DNA from: Tubulanus polymorphus
Taxonomy: Eukaryota; Animalia; Nemertea
Assembly: GCF_964204645.1 (NCBI RefSeq)
Contig: NC_134035.1
Location: 992,001-1,056,000 of the forward strand
DNA length: 64,000 nucleotides
Reading direction: 5' to 3'
The position numbers and the translations under genes are program-made. The notes under the pieces are model-generated. The model searched no databases. It was not told the DNA's origin and saw only the letters and a program-made list of their open reading frames with translations. Positions 23,770 through 35,910 of this stretch are shown one piece after another. Every line of letters starts with the position of its first letter. Position 1 is the first letter of the stretch.

Positions 23770-26700
23770 TATAGCAACTTGTTGTTTTGTTTAGAAATGT
23801 ATTTGTTAGTCGTGTTTGTAAAGTAATTAGTCATATGTTCTTTCTGTCTTTGTTTATGGCATGTTGTTGCTCAAATTGTCTACTCACTGTCTGTCACCTT
23901 TGTTTTTCATACCTAAGTTTTTGTTACTATGCAGGAATATATATATATATAGATATAAGAGTCAGTTGAAACAGAATGAGGGACACAACACACACTTTTA
24001 TTTGGCAGTTTGTACTAAGCAGTTGTTGCGGTCGGTCGGAAGCCGACCAAGCATTTGAATAAAAGATTTTATCAAGATGGAATTGATGACTTTGGATTTA
24101 TTTTGACGAGCTAGTTCCCGAGTGCACTGAAAATCCTAGTTGTTACAATTGGTGGAGAACCCGTTGGCAAGATCTGACAGGCGCTGCAGGCTAACAATCT
24201 TGTGCCTAGTTTTGGATAAGTAATGGCTGTACTTTGCAAGAATTGTGGACTGAACTGTTGGAGCCGGACATGTTGTCACGCACAAAACGCATGCTGCAAC
24301 CGTTGTTATATCATCGGACAATTTGCCCGATTTTGTTAGAATCCTGAGTAGCGAACCCGTCAAAAGTACGCGAAGAAAATTCGAGATCTGCCGAAGCTTA
24401 TGATGTTCAATCAGCGTAAACAAATTGAAAACCTCCAAATTATCAGAGAAGGTATATGCATGAATCTGGGCGAGAATCAGTGCCCAATGATAGTTAGTTC
24501 ACCAATCGACGTTGGCATCTTAGACTGGGATGATGAGCATTTGTCTGTGGATATTTTACACCCGGAGCGACTAGACACATCAAAGCTACTTGAATTCGTG
24601 AGTTACCCAGTTTTTAGCGCGATTGAGCTGGATCTCAATTTCGAAAAAATCCCTAATCATGTCACTGATCAGTGCATCTTAGTAGATAATGTGTATTCTG
24701 CTGAGGAAACCGCAGCCGATATTTCTATTCTCGATGCGAAAATCCAAAATTTGTGTTCCATTTGCGATCGATTAAAAAGACATAACTTTTCGGAATAAAA
24801 GGAATAGTGTCGTGATTGATTTGATGCTTATTAAACTTTTGTATACGCTCGCGACCATCTCTAAAGTGATATTGAGATGGCAAATGTGCCAGCAGATTAG
24901 TCAATATTTCAATGTCAAATGCCTTGTTTCACGTGTATTGTGAAATACCACGTACCCCTCCGTCTGTTTTTTTTTCCATATTATATATACCTTAGATCTC
25001 TAAAACAATTTGAGCACTTATGTCTAGTATTGTGGTTTTTGTTGATTGTGTAATTGTTTTTTTATGTTCATTGTGTAATTTGTCATATATTATGTAGTAC
25101 ATGTTTTCTAGATAAGATGAGATTCCGAGTAATTAGGTTTTAAATGATTTTGTAACGTTGTTGCGCTTTATAGTCAACAAGTATTGTTACGTTAGAGATA
25201 TGGTTTTTTTTTAAAATTTTGTAACGTTGTTGCGCTTGGTCAACAAGTATGGTTGGATACTATTGAATTTTTTTCCTAGTTTTTTTTACATGATTTAACC
25301 CTGTAGTAGTTTCTCGACTTTAGCGTATATGCAAAAGTCGCAGAGAAAGTATAGTGGAGTATAGCAACTTGTTGTTTTGTTTAGAAATGTATTTGTTAGT
25401 CGTGTTTGTAAAGTAATTAGTCATATGTTCTTTCTGTCTTTGTTTATGGCATGTTGTTGCTCAAATTGTCTACTCACTGTCTGTCACCTTTGTTTTTCAT
25501 ACCTAAGTTTTTGTTACTATGCAGGAATATATATATAGATATAAGAGTCAGTTGAAACAGAATGAGGGACACAACACACTTTTATTTGGCAGTTTGTACT
25601 GAGCAGTTGTTGCGGTCGGTCGGAAGCCGACCAAGCATTTGAATAAAAGATTTTATCAAGATGGAATTGATGACTTTGGATTTATTTTGACGAGCTAGTT
25701 CCCGAGTGCACTGAAAATCCTAGTTGTTACAATTGGTGGAGAACCCGTTGGCAAGATCTGACAGGCGCTGCAGGCTAACAATCTTGTGCCTAGTTTTGGA
25801 TAAGTAATGGCTGTACTTTGCAAGAATTGTGGACTCAACTGTTGGAGCCGGACATGTTGTCACGCACAAAACGCATGCTGCAACCGTTGTTATATCATCG
25901 GACAATTTGCCCGATTTTGTGAGAATCCTGAGAAGCGAACCCGTCAAAAGTACGCGAAGAAAATTCGAGATCTGCCGAAGCTTATGATGTTCAATCAGCG
26001 TAAACAAATTGAAAACCTCCAAATTATCGGAGAAGGTATATCCATGAATCTGGGCGAGAATCAGTGCCCAATGATAGTTAGTTCACCAATCGACGTTGGC
26101 ATCTTAGACTGGGATGATGAGCATTTGTCTGTGGATATTTTACACCCGGAGCGACTAGACACATCAAAGCTACTTGAATTCGTGAGTTACCCAGTTTTTA
26201 GCGCGATTGAGCTGGATCTCAATTTCGAAAAAATCCCTAATCATGTCACTGATCAGTGCATCTTAGTAGATAATGTGTATTCTGCTGAGGAAACCGCAGC
26301 CGATATTTCTATTCTCGATGCGAAAATCCAAAATTTGTGTTCCATTTGCGATCGATTAAAAAGACATAACTTTTCGGAATAAAAGGAATAGTGTCGTGAT
26401 TGATTTGATGCTTATTAAATTTTTGTATACGCTCGCGACCATCTCTAAAGTGATATTGAGATGGCAAATGTGCCAGCAGATTAGTCAATATTTCAATGTC
26501 AAATGCCTTGTTTCACGTGTATTGTGAAATACCACGTACCCCTCCGTCTGTTTTTTTTCCATATTATATATACCTTAGATCTCTAAAACAATTTGAGCAC
26601 TTATGTCTAGTATTGTGGTTTTTGTTGATTGTGTAATTGTTTTTTTATGTTCATTGTGTAATTTGTCATATATTATGTAGTACATGTTTTCTAGATAAGA

Positions 26701-27309
26701 TGAGATTCCGAGTAATTAGGTTTTAAATGATTTTGTAACGTTGTTGCGCTTTATAGTCAACAAGTATTGTTACGTTAGAGATATGGTTTTTTTAAAAATT
26801 TTGTAACGTTGTTGCGCTTGGTCAACAAGTATGGTTGGATACTATTGAATTTTTTTCCTAGTTTTTTTTACATGATTTAACCCTGTAGTAGTTTCTCGAC
26901 TTTAGCGTATATGCAAAAGTCGCAGAGAAAGTATAGTGGAGTATAGCAACTTGTTGTTTTGTTTAGAAATGTATTTGTTAGTCGTGTTTGTAAAGTAATT
27001 AGTCATATGTTCTTTCTGTCTTTGTTTATGGCATGTTGTTGCTCAAATTGTCTACTGTCTGTCACCTTTGTTTTTCATACCTAAGTTTTTGTTACTATGC
27101 AGGAATATATATATATATATATAGATATAAGAGTCAGTTGAAACAGAATGAGGGACACAACACACACTTTTATTTGGCAGTTTGTACTGAGCAGTTGTTG
27201 CGGTCGGTCGGAAGCCGACCAAGCATTTGAATAAAAGATTTTATCAAGATGGAATTGATGACTTTGGATTTATTTTGACGAGCTAGTTCCCGAGTGCACT
27301 GAAAATCCT
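23770..27309 (+). mobile_element. Tandem non-autonomous LTR retroelement (LTR-int-LTR-int-LTR) with a gag-like ORF, in astacin intron 2
   Basis: LTRs at 23770-24147, 25360-25731 and 26942-27309 (last lacks 10 bp). Ends TATAGCAACT...AGTTGTTACA (imperfect inverted repeat), internal AATAAA, PBS-like TGGTGGAGAA 2 bp after the LTR (24150), purine tract AGAGAAAGTATAGTGGAG before the next LTR. Confidence 0.85.
25807..26382 (+). CDS. Gag-like 191-aa protein with degenerate zinc knuckles
   Basis: CKNCG...CCHAQNACCNRCYIIGQFARFC resembles the Gypsy gag C-x2-C...CPA...C-x2-C-x3-GH-x4-C pattern and starts just after the PBS. The first copy (24223-24798) has in-frame TAG stops. Confidence 0.55.
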   Translation: MAVLCKNCGLNCWSRTCCHAQNACCNRCYIIGQFARFCENPEKRTRQKYAKKIRDLPKLMMFNQRKQIENLQIIGEGISMNLGENQCPMIVSSPIDVGILDWDDEHLSVDILHPERLDTSKLLEFVSYPVFSAIELDLNFEKIPNHVTDQCILVDNVYSAEETAADISILDAKIQNLCSICDRLKRHNFSE

Positions 27310-29987
27310 CCCACAGCTTTCAAAGGTCGCCTGATGACCAGTGACGGAGGTCGGCTCGCAGAACTGGACATGAGTCTGACGGAGTTACAGTACGACACTC
27401 TGTATAACAATCCGGCGAACGCGACTAACCGACAGAAAAGGAAAGCGCATTGGGAACTTTTCAAACGATGGACCGGAAATACGATTCTGTATTTCATTAA
27501 AACCACAGACGTGTTCAGTAAACTAAATCATATTCGTATTTCCGAAAACATAGAAACCGGGAGAGGATTCCATTATCTAGATTATGTCTCTTTTGTAGCC
27601 GAGGCACAAAAAGGAGAAATTCAGAAAGCGATTGACGAAATTGAAAAGACAACGTGCTTGAAGTTTGTAGCAGCTACTGATGAACATACAAATAAAATAC
27701 GCATACAAAACGGCACCGGGAAAGAGACAAATTATTCAAAAAAATTCAAGTTTCGTAGATGTGGCTGAAATCGAAAGATGTTCTTTCACTTGTTCTATCA
27801 AGCTTTATTCCCAAAGGGGAATTGAAGATAGATTAAAGTAATTCTCGTATATCTAACTTTTAGTTAGGTTGTTAAAGTATTAATGAACCCTTGTCTCAAA
27901 TATTTAGATTATATAACTTCTTATATATTCTGACGCCGTAAAAACCGTTACAATAATGTTTATATACATCGATACCCAGCATGCGTTATATATTAGGGGT
28001 TCTGTGTGAGTCGATGTGCACTACGTCATCAATATTTGCGTTTCATAACAATAATTACAATATTGCGAATTTCCAGTGTTCATTTTGTAATTATATATAT
28101 TTCATCACAGTCATGGCCGTTAATTTCAATTTCTTTAAATGTCGTTTTGAATTTTGAGAGGACGTACCCTACATTATCAATTTAGGTTAGCCTAGTTAGA
28201 CTGGTTGCCGATTTTCGGTGCATTCAAATTCCAAAAAAAGTTATTGAACCTCAATATAACATTATAGAATTATAACTGTATTATCATTAATTGTCGATAA
28301 TACTATAGGCGATTTACATATGTTATTTTTTCGAGGCGCCAGTATAAGTCTTCTAAGTTTGTTTTCTTGTGTGATATTAATAAGGCTTTATATTTCTAGA
28401 TGCAATTCGCACCTGGGTATGACTGGTGGCGAGCAAGCGATCAATTTACATCCAAATTGTCGAGTCGTGAGTAGATTGAAATTACGATGCCCCGTAATAT
28501 GATATATTAGCTTTTATCATGATATCAGTTCGTTATTCTACAGAAACCTACGATCTTACACGAATTCGGACACGCTTTAGGACTTGTTCACGAGCATCAA
28601 CTGCCCGATCGCGACGAGTATTTGAATATTCTGTACGAAAATGTCGAACCGGACTGGGCCATTTGGTTCAAGAGAATAGAATCTAATCTGGTTTTACAGT
28701 ACGAGGTACCGTATGACTACCGCAGTATCATGCACTACGGGATCACCGTAAGTATCTTTACTACCTAAAGATTATGATTACTTACTCCAAACTAACGAAT
28801 TCTCGTTTTATAATGTATTACAATGTCTTTCAATTCATAATGCCAGGCATTCTCGGCAAATGGTAAACAAACCATCCAAGCGAAGGACATCACGAAAGGT
28901 CATCTTATCCAGGATACCTGGGACAAAGCGTCTTTCTCGTTTTCTGACGTCAAAGTTATCAACTCGCATTACGAATGTAGCTGTAAGTTTGTTATACACT
29001 GTTCTGCGTCTACACAATTTTCACAATATAAAATCAATTGTCTTGTACGAATTTTTCAGCACATTGTCCCGAAACGGTGAAGAACAAATGCCCGCAGCCC
29101 GACTCGTTCTTGAATAAGAACTGCAGATGCGAATTCGCGTGTAAGTTTAGAAACAGTTTTCAAAGCTTATGTTCTGTATGTATAATGTCCATAGAATATA
29201 CTGTTGCAGTGCACACTACAAAAGCGAAGCTGTATTTTGGGGAAATTCATAACTTATACAATATATGAGAAATGGGATTTCATGCTCGAACTATCTGGAC
29301 ATATAATTTCGATTTTCAGATGGCCGAGAGACTGATCCGCTAACCGGTACTGAAATAGTGGAAGCCGGCCCAACGACCGCCGTACCATGCTATGATAAAA
29401 AGAATTTTTGCCAGGAACTTGCTCGAGGCGGCGCCTGCAATACGGACCCCGGCTACATGCTCCAGAATTGTCAAGTATCATGCGGTATTTGTTCATTAAC
29501 GTCCTCTAGTTCGCCCACTCAGCCCACGACTACCGGACCGATGCCGTGTTTGGACTTTGATAGAAAATGCCCCCATTGGATGAGTATAGGCTACTGCGAG
29601 ACACATTATAAAACCTTCATGGAATTTTACTGTAGGAAGTCTTGCGATCTTTGCTCAACGCTTTCTACGACTACAACCACGACGACACCTGAACCAACAA
29701 CTACCCAAATTGTCCCTTGTGCCGACAATAATGTCAACTGTGCCACCTGGGCAGCGGATGGTTTCTGTTTGGGAGAGTTCGAATCATATATGAGCCTGAA
29801 TTGTAAGATTTCTTGCAATACATGCACAAACCCTACGACCACGACTACCCCGAGACCAACAACGACCACGACTACCCCGAAACCCACAACCACGACCGTT
29901 ACATGTGTTGATTATAACGGCAATTGTAAAACTTGGGCCGATGATGGTCACTGTGTTGGAGAATACGAAGGTTATATGAGGGACCAT

Positions 29988-32173
29988 AAGCCTTTTTACA
30001 GTTTCCAGGCGCCATTTTTTTGGGTACCCACCGGGTCCACATTGTTGAATTTTTTGTCCCTATTTTTCTCCGGTTTAATTTTTTTATTTCGTTCATATCT
30101 CTGGATTTGATTAAGATAGAAACAAAGTAAAAATATCGATGAACTCGGCTGATAATAAACTTTTTTATGATATCACTCATTTATAAAGTTAATGCAACAA
30201 TGTGCGCTGGTGAAGTTATAAACATTGATATCGTCTTCCCGATAATTCAACTTGAATTATTGCTCATCTCATTCAAAAGTTCGTAATTCTTACAAATATT
30301 AATCTACATTTTTGAAATTTTCAGAACCAATAGCCATCTATATGTGGTCTTATATACCTTTTACCGTTTTCAATTATCCTTATTAGTTTTTAAGTAATTG
30401 CGAGTCAAACTTCCAAAACTCGTTTTCCCGGGTCCCCTGGGTGCATCTTTATATCAGGAAATTTCACAATTTCACCGGTCCCTACTTTGTTGAAAATCAA
30501 TTTATTAAGTAACCATGGAAATAAGGGCACCTAGGTTTTTGAAAAGTGGTTATTAAAGATATATATTCTCTAGGATTTGTCAAAATAAACAAAATAACCC
30601 AGGTGTTGCTTTAACCAGCTACCTAGGTTCACAACAGATCATTTTGTCCAACGTGTTTCATTCGATTCCAAAACTGCACGTACGGGTATACGATTGCAAA
30701 TGTGAAAGTCAGACATTATGTGGCACATGTATGAGGACCAAAGTCTCAATGCTGCGTCGCATTGCCGTCGCAAATTTGCATGGCTACTTACGTGAAGTGG
30801 GCTAATACAGACCTTGTGTGATCAAAACTGACTTAGAATTCGTGCCAAATCTCAAAACAACTATCAAACACACGAGATCAATTTTGACAGAAAGTAAACG
30901 AAAGTTATGTTTCTTACTAATATATTCCAAAGTTCCAATCTTTCCAACACAATCGACTAAGCCAAATATATTCAAATTCAATTTGAAACACCTTCCAGCT
31001 CTTGTCACGATCAGTAATAAAGATCGAACATCGAACATTCTCAAAAAAGCAAAGCCGATCCAACGGTTTGCAAGCGTCAAGTTTGACACAGCCGTGGCTG
31101 CCTCCATTTGTGTGGAGCTGCTGCTGAAAATTCAAAAATGTAAATCGGGTACCGGTATTTAACTGAAGACCGAGTGCTCGCCATTACACCATGGTATTTC
31201 TGATGGTTAACTTTTGAGCAACTGGCTCCAGAATCACCTGCCAAGGGCCATATTTCATTGATGCAATATACTGTGAAACGATATAATATAGACGGGAGAT
31301 CAATGAAACTTAAATGCCTGACACTAAGACTTATTTCGACTTTTTTGACTATCTTAGATGATTGGGAGAGGGGTCCAAAAATAAGGACATTTTCCGCAGA
31401 TTAAGGCTGTGAGTAGGGTGCCCCTCGGTGTTGAAACAAATACATCCAAAACAATTTAATTTGCAAGAGGATGAGTGATAGATTTGTAAGTTTTATGCGA
31501 TCACTGTCTTGACAAAGATGGTAATCTTAATGGGAAGTTGCAGGGGTCCGGACTACCGACCCTCCAAACCCGTAGTCTGTCCCTGTGTTACTAGAAATAT
31601 ATCTCTATTTACCATTTTTTTCAAATAACTAGGTGCCCTTGTTTCCATAGTTACTGAAAATTTTGATTTTAACAATGTAGGACCGGTTAAATTGGCAAAT
31701 TTCTTGATATAAATATGCACACATGATACTCTAGAAAACGTGTTTTGAAAGTTTGACTCGCAATTACTTAAAAACTAATAAGGATAATTGAAAACGGTAA
31801 AAGGTATATAAGACCACATATAGATGGCTATTGGTCCTGAAAATTTCAAAAATGTAGATTAATATTTGTAAGAATTACGAACTTTTGAATGAGATGAGCA
31901 TTAATTCAAGTTGAATTATCGGGAAGACGATATCAATGTTTATAACTTCACCAGCGCACATTGTTGCATTAACTTTATAAATGAGTGATATCATAAAAAA
32001 GTTTATTATCAGCCGAGTTCATCGATATTTTTACTTTGTTTCTATCTTAAACAAATCCAGAGATATGAACGAAATAAAAAAACTAAACCGGAGAAAAATA
32101 GGGACAAAAAATTCAACAATGCGGACCCGGCGGGTACCCAAAAAAATGGCGCCTGGAAACTGTAAAAAGGCTT
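29988..32173. mobile_element. 2186-bp non-autonomous DNA transposon with long TIRs, AT-flanked, inserted in the ShK4 coding sequence
   Basis: AAGCCTTTTTACAGTTTCCAGGCGCC...GGCGCCTGGAAACTGTAAAAAGGCTT; arms near-identical for ~440 bp and degenerate to ~585 bp. AT on both sides; removing the element plus one AT restores GAC CAT TGT (D-H-C) in frame. Confidence 0.92.
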
Positions 32174-32531
32174 ATTGTAGCGACTCTTGCGGAATATGTT
32201 CCCCAACAACGACCACGACTACCCCGAAACCCACAACAACTGTCGCTTGTCTCGATCATAACGATAACTGTCAAATTTGGTCCGATGAAGGTTACTGTGT
32301 CGGAGAATATGAACCGTATATGAGCGCGAATTGTGTAAAATCTTGTGCAAAATGTTGAATCTGTCGATAAACGAATAGAATTAAAAGCAAGTAATAATAA
32401 TAGCCTTCCTAATTCTTTTTATTTCAAATTACGGTTATTTCTTGAGAAAAGCAGAAGTGATTTAAAGCTTGTTATTCGAATTCACGATTTACGGGAAGTA
32501 AGGGCGGCAAGTGGGCGATCAGATATTGCAA

Positions 32532-32698
32532 GGCGTTTGCTCAAGGGTGAAATGTTGAAATTCAATCATAAGCTATACACTAACGTGCACTGAGTGCTAA
32601 CGCGTTTTTAAATAGCCATTAAAACCCAAGTTTCCAACCAATACAAGAAATAAGAAATTATTATATGCAGCAATCTGTTAATGACCATGGATCAGCAG
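32532..32698. repeat. Right arm of the ~167-bp inverted repeat flanking the astacin gene
   Basis: Reverse complement of 22460-22627. Confidence 0.92.
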
Positions 32699-33006
32699 CC
32701 ATTTTCACCAAGAACCTAATTAGTCATAAGTGTCTGATTGATTTTACTGTTCGCTGCATAAAATTGTTGTATCCCGGATTGCTCTTTGTCTCAGCTTTAA
32801 CGGTTCCTGTAAATGTCAATATTACTCAAATCCGGGTTGTTTATCATTATTTGGAAGTTAGCGAAAATTATTGTATCTTACAATCAATGATTCAGATTGA
32901 ACTTGATCCACGATTTATTGAAAATCAAAATGATCTCATCTGAAAACTGTACATTCCAACAAAATACGATCATTTATAATGATAGAGAATAGCTTTAACG
33001 CTCTGT

Positions 33007-33468
33007 TTAAAAGTGCTTGTTAATCATATTCAATTTTATAATCACGAAAACTGGTGGTAAATTCTGTAACAATTCCTCCTCGATATTTAAAGTTTCTTCA
33101 GTCTGTTCTTCCTCGGAGAAAGAGACCTCATCCGTATCAACATGTGTGACGTCACGGGTATAGTTAGTTCGCGTATCGAAATCTGGTAGGCAGTCTACAT
33201 CGATATTGGATCCGTGGGCGTCATAATCAGTGTTTGTATCGACAGTTGGTAGACTGTCTACATCTAAATCAAACTCAGGAAATTCTATGTTTTGTACTGG
33301 TGGTAAACTGTCGTAGCCAAAATCATCGTGAATGATAGGACCACCAGCCTTATATCGTTTGGTCAGAAATGAATTTCTGTTTTGTTTAGTCAGTCGCTGC
33401 TGGCGCTCCTCCGTCCCGGGCGTGGGGCGTAGAGCAATCCGGATTTCGTGTTCGTGTTTGAATTACAT
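33007..33468 (-). pseudogene. Decayed acidic ORF of unknown, possibly mobile-element, origin
   Basis: ATG-TAA followed by ~150 stop-free codons (FKHEHEIRIALRPTPG...DDFGYDSLPP...DLDVDSLPTV...NIDVDCLPDF...EEELLQNLPP); missed by the ORF track because it lacks a usable start. Confidence 0.35.
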
Positions 33469-33747
33469 TTGAATTATATTTATCGTCTAGATTTTAAGCG
33501 TGTTAAATAGTTGAATAAATGAGTATGATGTTTTTTTTTTTCAAAGAAAGCATTGTATGAATTCCTAGAAATCTAGTGATGTGTACCCCAGTGGTACCGT
33601 AGCTGCGAAATTCAAGTTTGGTCAGAAACGGATGATTTCATTCAGAGTCGACATCGTCACGGCGTTGACCATTGTGACATCGCGGTTGTTTGTCCGAATA
33701 TGAATGGCCGTCGAATATGTTCGAATGTTTTCCTGTCACAATCGGGC

Positions 33748-33812
33748 GGACCGGATGGCGTAGTCGGTCGGCGACTTGCGTGTCACCGCTGTGGCCCAGG
33801 TTCGAGTCTCGG
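33748..33812 (+). mobile_element. tRNA-derived SINE-like head
   Basis: A-box-like TGGCGTAGTCGG (33756) and B-box GGTTCGAGTC (33799) at tRNA spacing, without a clean cloverleaf. Confidence 0.45.
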
Positions 33813-35101
33813 AGGAGGCGGGTCAGGATGTGGCAAATGATCTCCGGTAAGCGGGCGAGTCGAGAGTACTGTCCTCCCTGGAATGAGGTTGCTAATGCGT
33901 GAGTCCTACAGAATAACTGGTGTGGGGTAAATTATGTTTAATTCAGTCGTTTCTGGCTGAATTATTTATTTATCCCACAATACCGGTCCAGGTTGCGGAG
34001 TAATTCCCCCAGGGACCTTCGACTTTTTTACAATATTAGTTTGTTATTTTAAGTTGAGTGGTGAGGGTTTGGAAAATTTGTTTATATTTATTCAATTCCT
34101 CGAACTGAAGAAATCCAAGCGACTATTCGGTGCAAGCAGCGCGCGCGGTGATCAATCACAGTTCTTTCTCAACTGATGATAAAACTTCCATAATTTTTTA
34201 ACTTCACCAGATTTCAGTTAAAGAGGATGTGTACGCGGCGATGTTTGATGAACTTGTGTATAAATTCGGATTGAAAACTACTCTATCCAATAGAGAATCA
34301 CTCTCTGGAGACCTGCCATACGCTCCACTACACAATAGTGCCGCATCACTGCACAAACCCTTAAGGCAACTTCAATATCCTAAAGTAAAACTCGAAAATA
34401 GTAAAATTGAGCCGGTATTATAGTTCAAAACCAGACGTAAATAGAAGGGAAATCTACACTTAAGTTTGTTGGATAGTTTAGATAAAATTTCAGCATATAA
34501 TTTTAGGCTAAAATCGTAGCAATCGATATTTCTATCTTTAACAATATGTGTCTCTATGAATAGTCGAATTAAACTCGATGACCTGTAGGCCCCATTGAAA
34601 ATGTTTGGCACGAATTGAATGCTTCTTGCGGATTAGCGTCACGGACTCGGGTCTGTCACAGGAATGCGCGATCGAGCCTTCTGATTGATCCATTCCGGTC
34701 GCATCGATGATGCACCGTCGCTGATTGGTTGACGTAGGTATTAGAAGCGCGGTTCGAGCCGCCCGATGCCAGTCCGAGAACTGATGTCCAGTGATGAAGA
34801 GCTCTGCAACAAGGCGTGAAGAACGTGTGGCTTCAAGCGAACAACCTGCTAATAAGCGGCTGATGATGTTAGGAATGACTGGAACGTGAAGGAATTTGTG
34901 ACGCCTAGCAATTAAAAAGCAAGAAACTGGCGGCTGTTGGTGCTGATGATTGCGGAGGAGATGACGGCTAATTTGCTGTTGTTGCTGATTTTCGATGTTC
35001 GATTTCACACACATTTATACATTATGATGAATATTGTGTCTTTTTAGGGTTAAACCGAAACCAGTTCGCTACTACTCGTTTGTCGCAACGTCCTGAACTA
35101 G

Positions 35102-35137
<36 letters not shown>

Positions 35138-35299
35138 ACATTGGGAACCGCATCAACTCGCATTTTGCTGTTTCGGTATCATTACATTAAGATAAGGTAA
35201 TTATATTAAACTATACCCATCCGTACATTTTGCATATTCAATGTTCTTCATTAGCTTGACGATTATCCGATTTGTTTTTCAGCCGGCAATATTTGAGTT

Positions 35300-35910
35300 A
35301 CAGCAACATCTTCAAACCTCGAGACGCAGACTCTACTCCGACCACAGAACCGTCTTCAAACCTCGAGACGCAGACTCTACTCCGACTACAGAACCATCTT
35401 CAAACCTCGAGACGCAGACTCTACTCCGACTACAGCACCATCTTCAAACCTCGAGACGCAGACTCTACTCCGACTACAGCACCATCTTCAAACCTCGAGA
35501 CGCAGACTCTACTCCGACCACAGAACCATCTTCAAACCTCGAGACGCAGACTCTACTCCGACTAGAGAACCATCTTCAAACCTCGAGACGCAGACTCTAC
35601 TCCGACTACAGAACCATCTTCAAACCTCGAGACGCAGACTCTACTCCGACTGCAGCACCATCTTCAAACCTCGAGACGCAGACTCTACTCCGACTAGAGA
35701 ACCATCTTCAAACCTCGAGACGCAGACTCTACTCCGACTAGAGAACCATCTTCAAACCTCGAGACGCAGACTCTACTCCGACTAGAGAACCATCTTCAAA
35801 CCTCGAGACGCAGACTCTACTCCGACTACAGCATCATCCTCAAACCTCGAGACGCAGACTCTACTCCGACTACAGAACCATCTTCAAACCTCGAGACGCA
35901 GACTCTACTC
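35300..35910. repeat. 44-bp minisatellite, ~14 copies
   Basis: Unit CAGAACCATCTTCAAACCTCGAGACGCAGACTCTACTCCGACTA. Confidence 0.97.

Larger units (their letters stand above)
23053..32358 (+). pseudogene. Astacin-family (M12A) zinc metalloprotease with 5 C-terminal ShK domains (~608 aa reconstructed); disrupted allele or pseudogene
   Basis: Exons 23053-23091, 23575-23701, 27317-27517, 27599-27719, 28400-28466, 28544-28747, 28847-28982, 29060-29140, 29320-29987+32176-32358. Signal MTFITLIFIWTFAGTVFG; prodomain ELDM and RQKR furin site; HEFGHALGLVHEHQLPDRD zinc motif; SIMHY Met-turn; ShK repeats separated by Thr/Pro linkers. The donor after 27719 is GA and a TIR element splits ShK4. Confidence 0.88.

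Noticed and set aside
30802-31162. Transposase remnant inside the TIR element
   Set aside because: Three short overlapping ORFs with no DDE, zinc-finger or HTH motif that I can recognise.
35241-35741. Mucin-like coding repeat
   Set aside because: The 44-bp unit cycles through frames and later units contain TAG stops.
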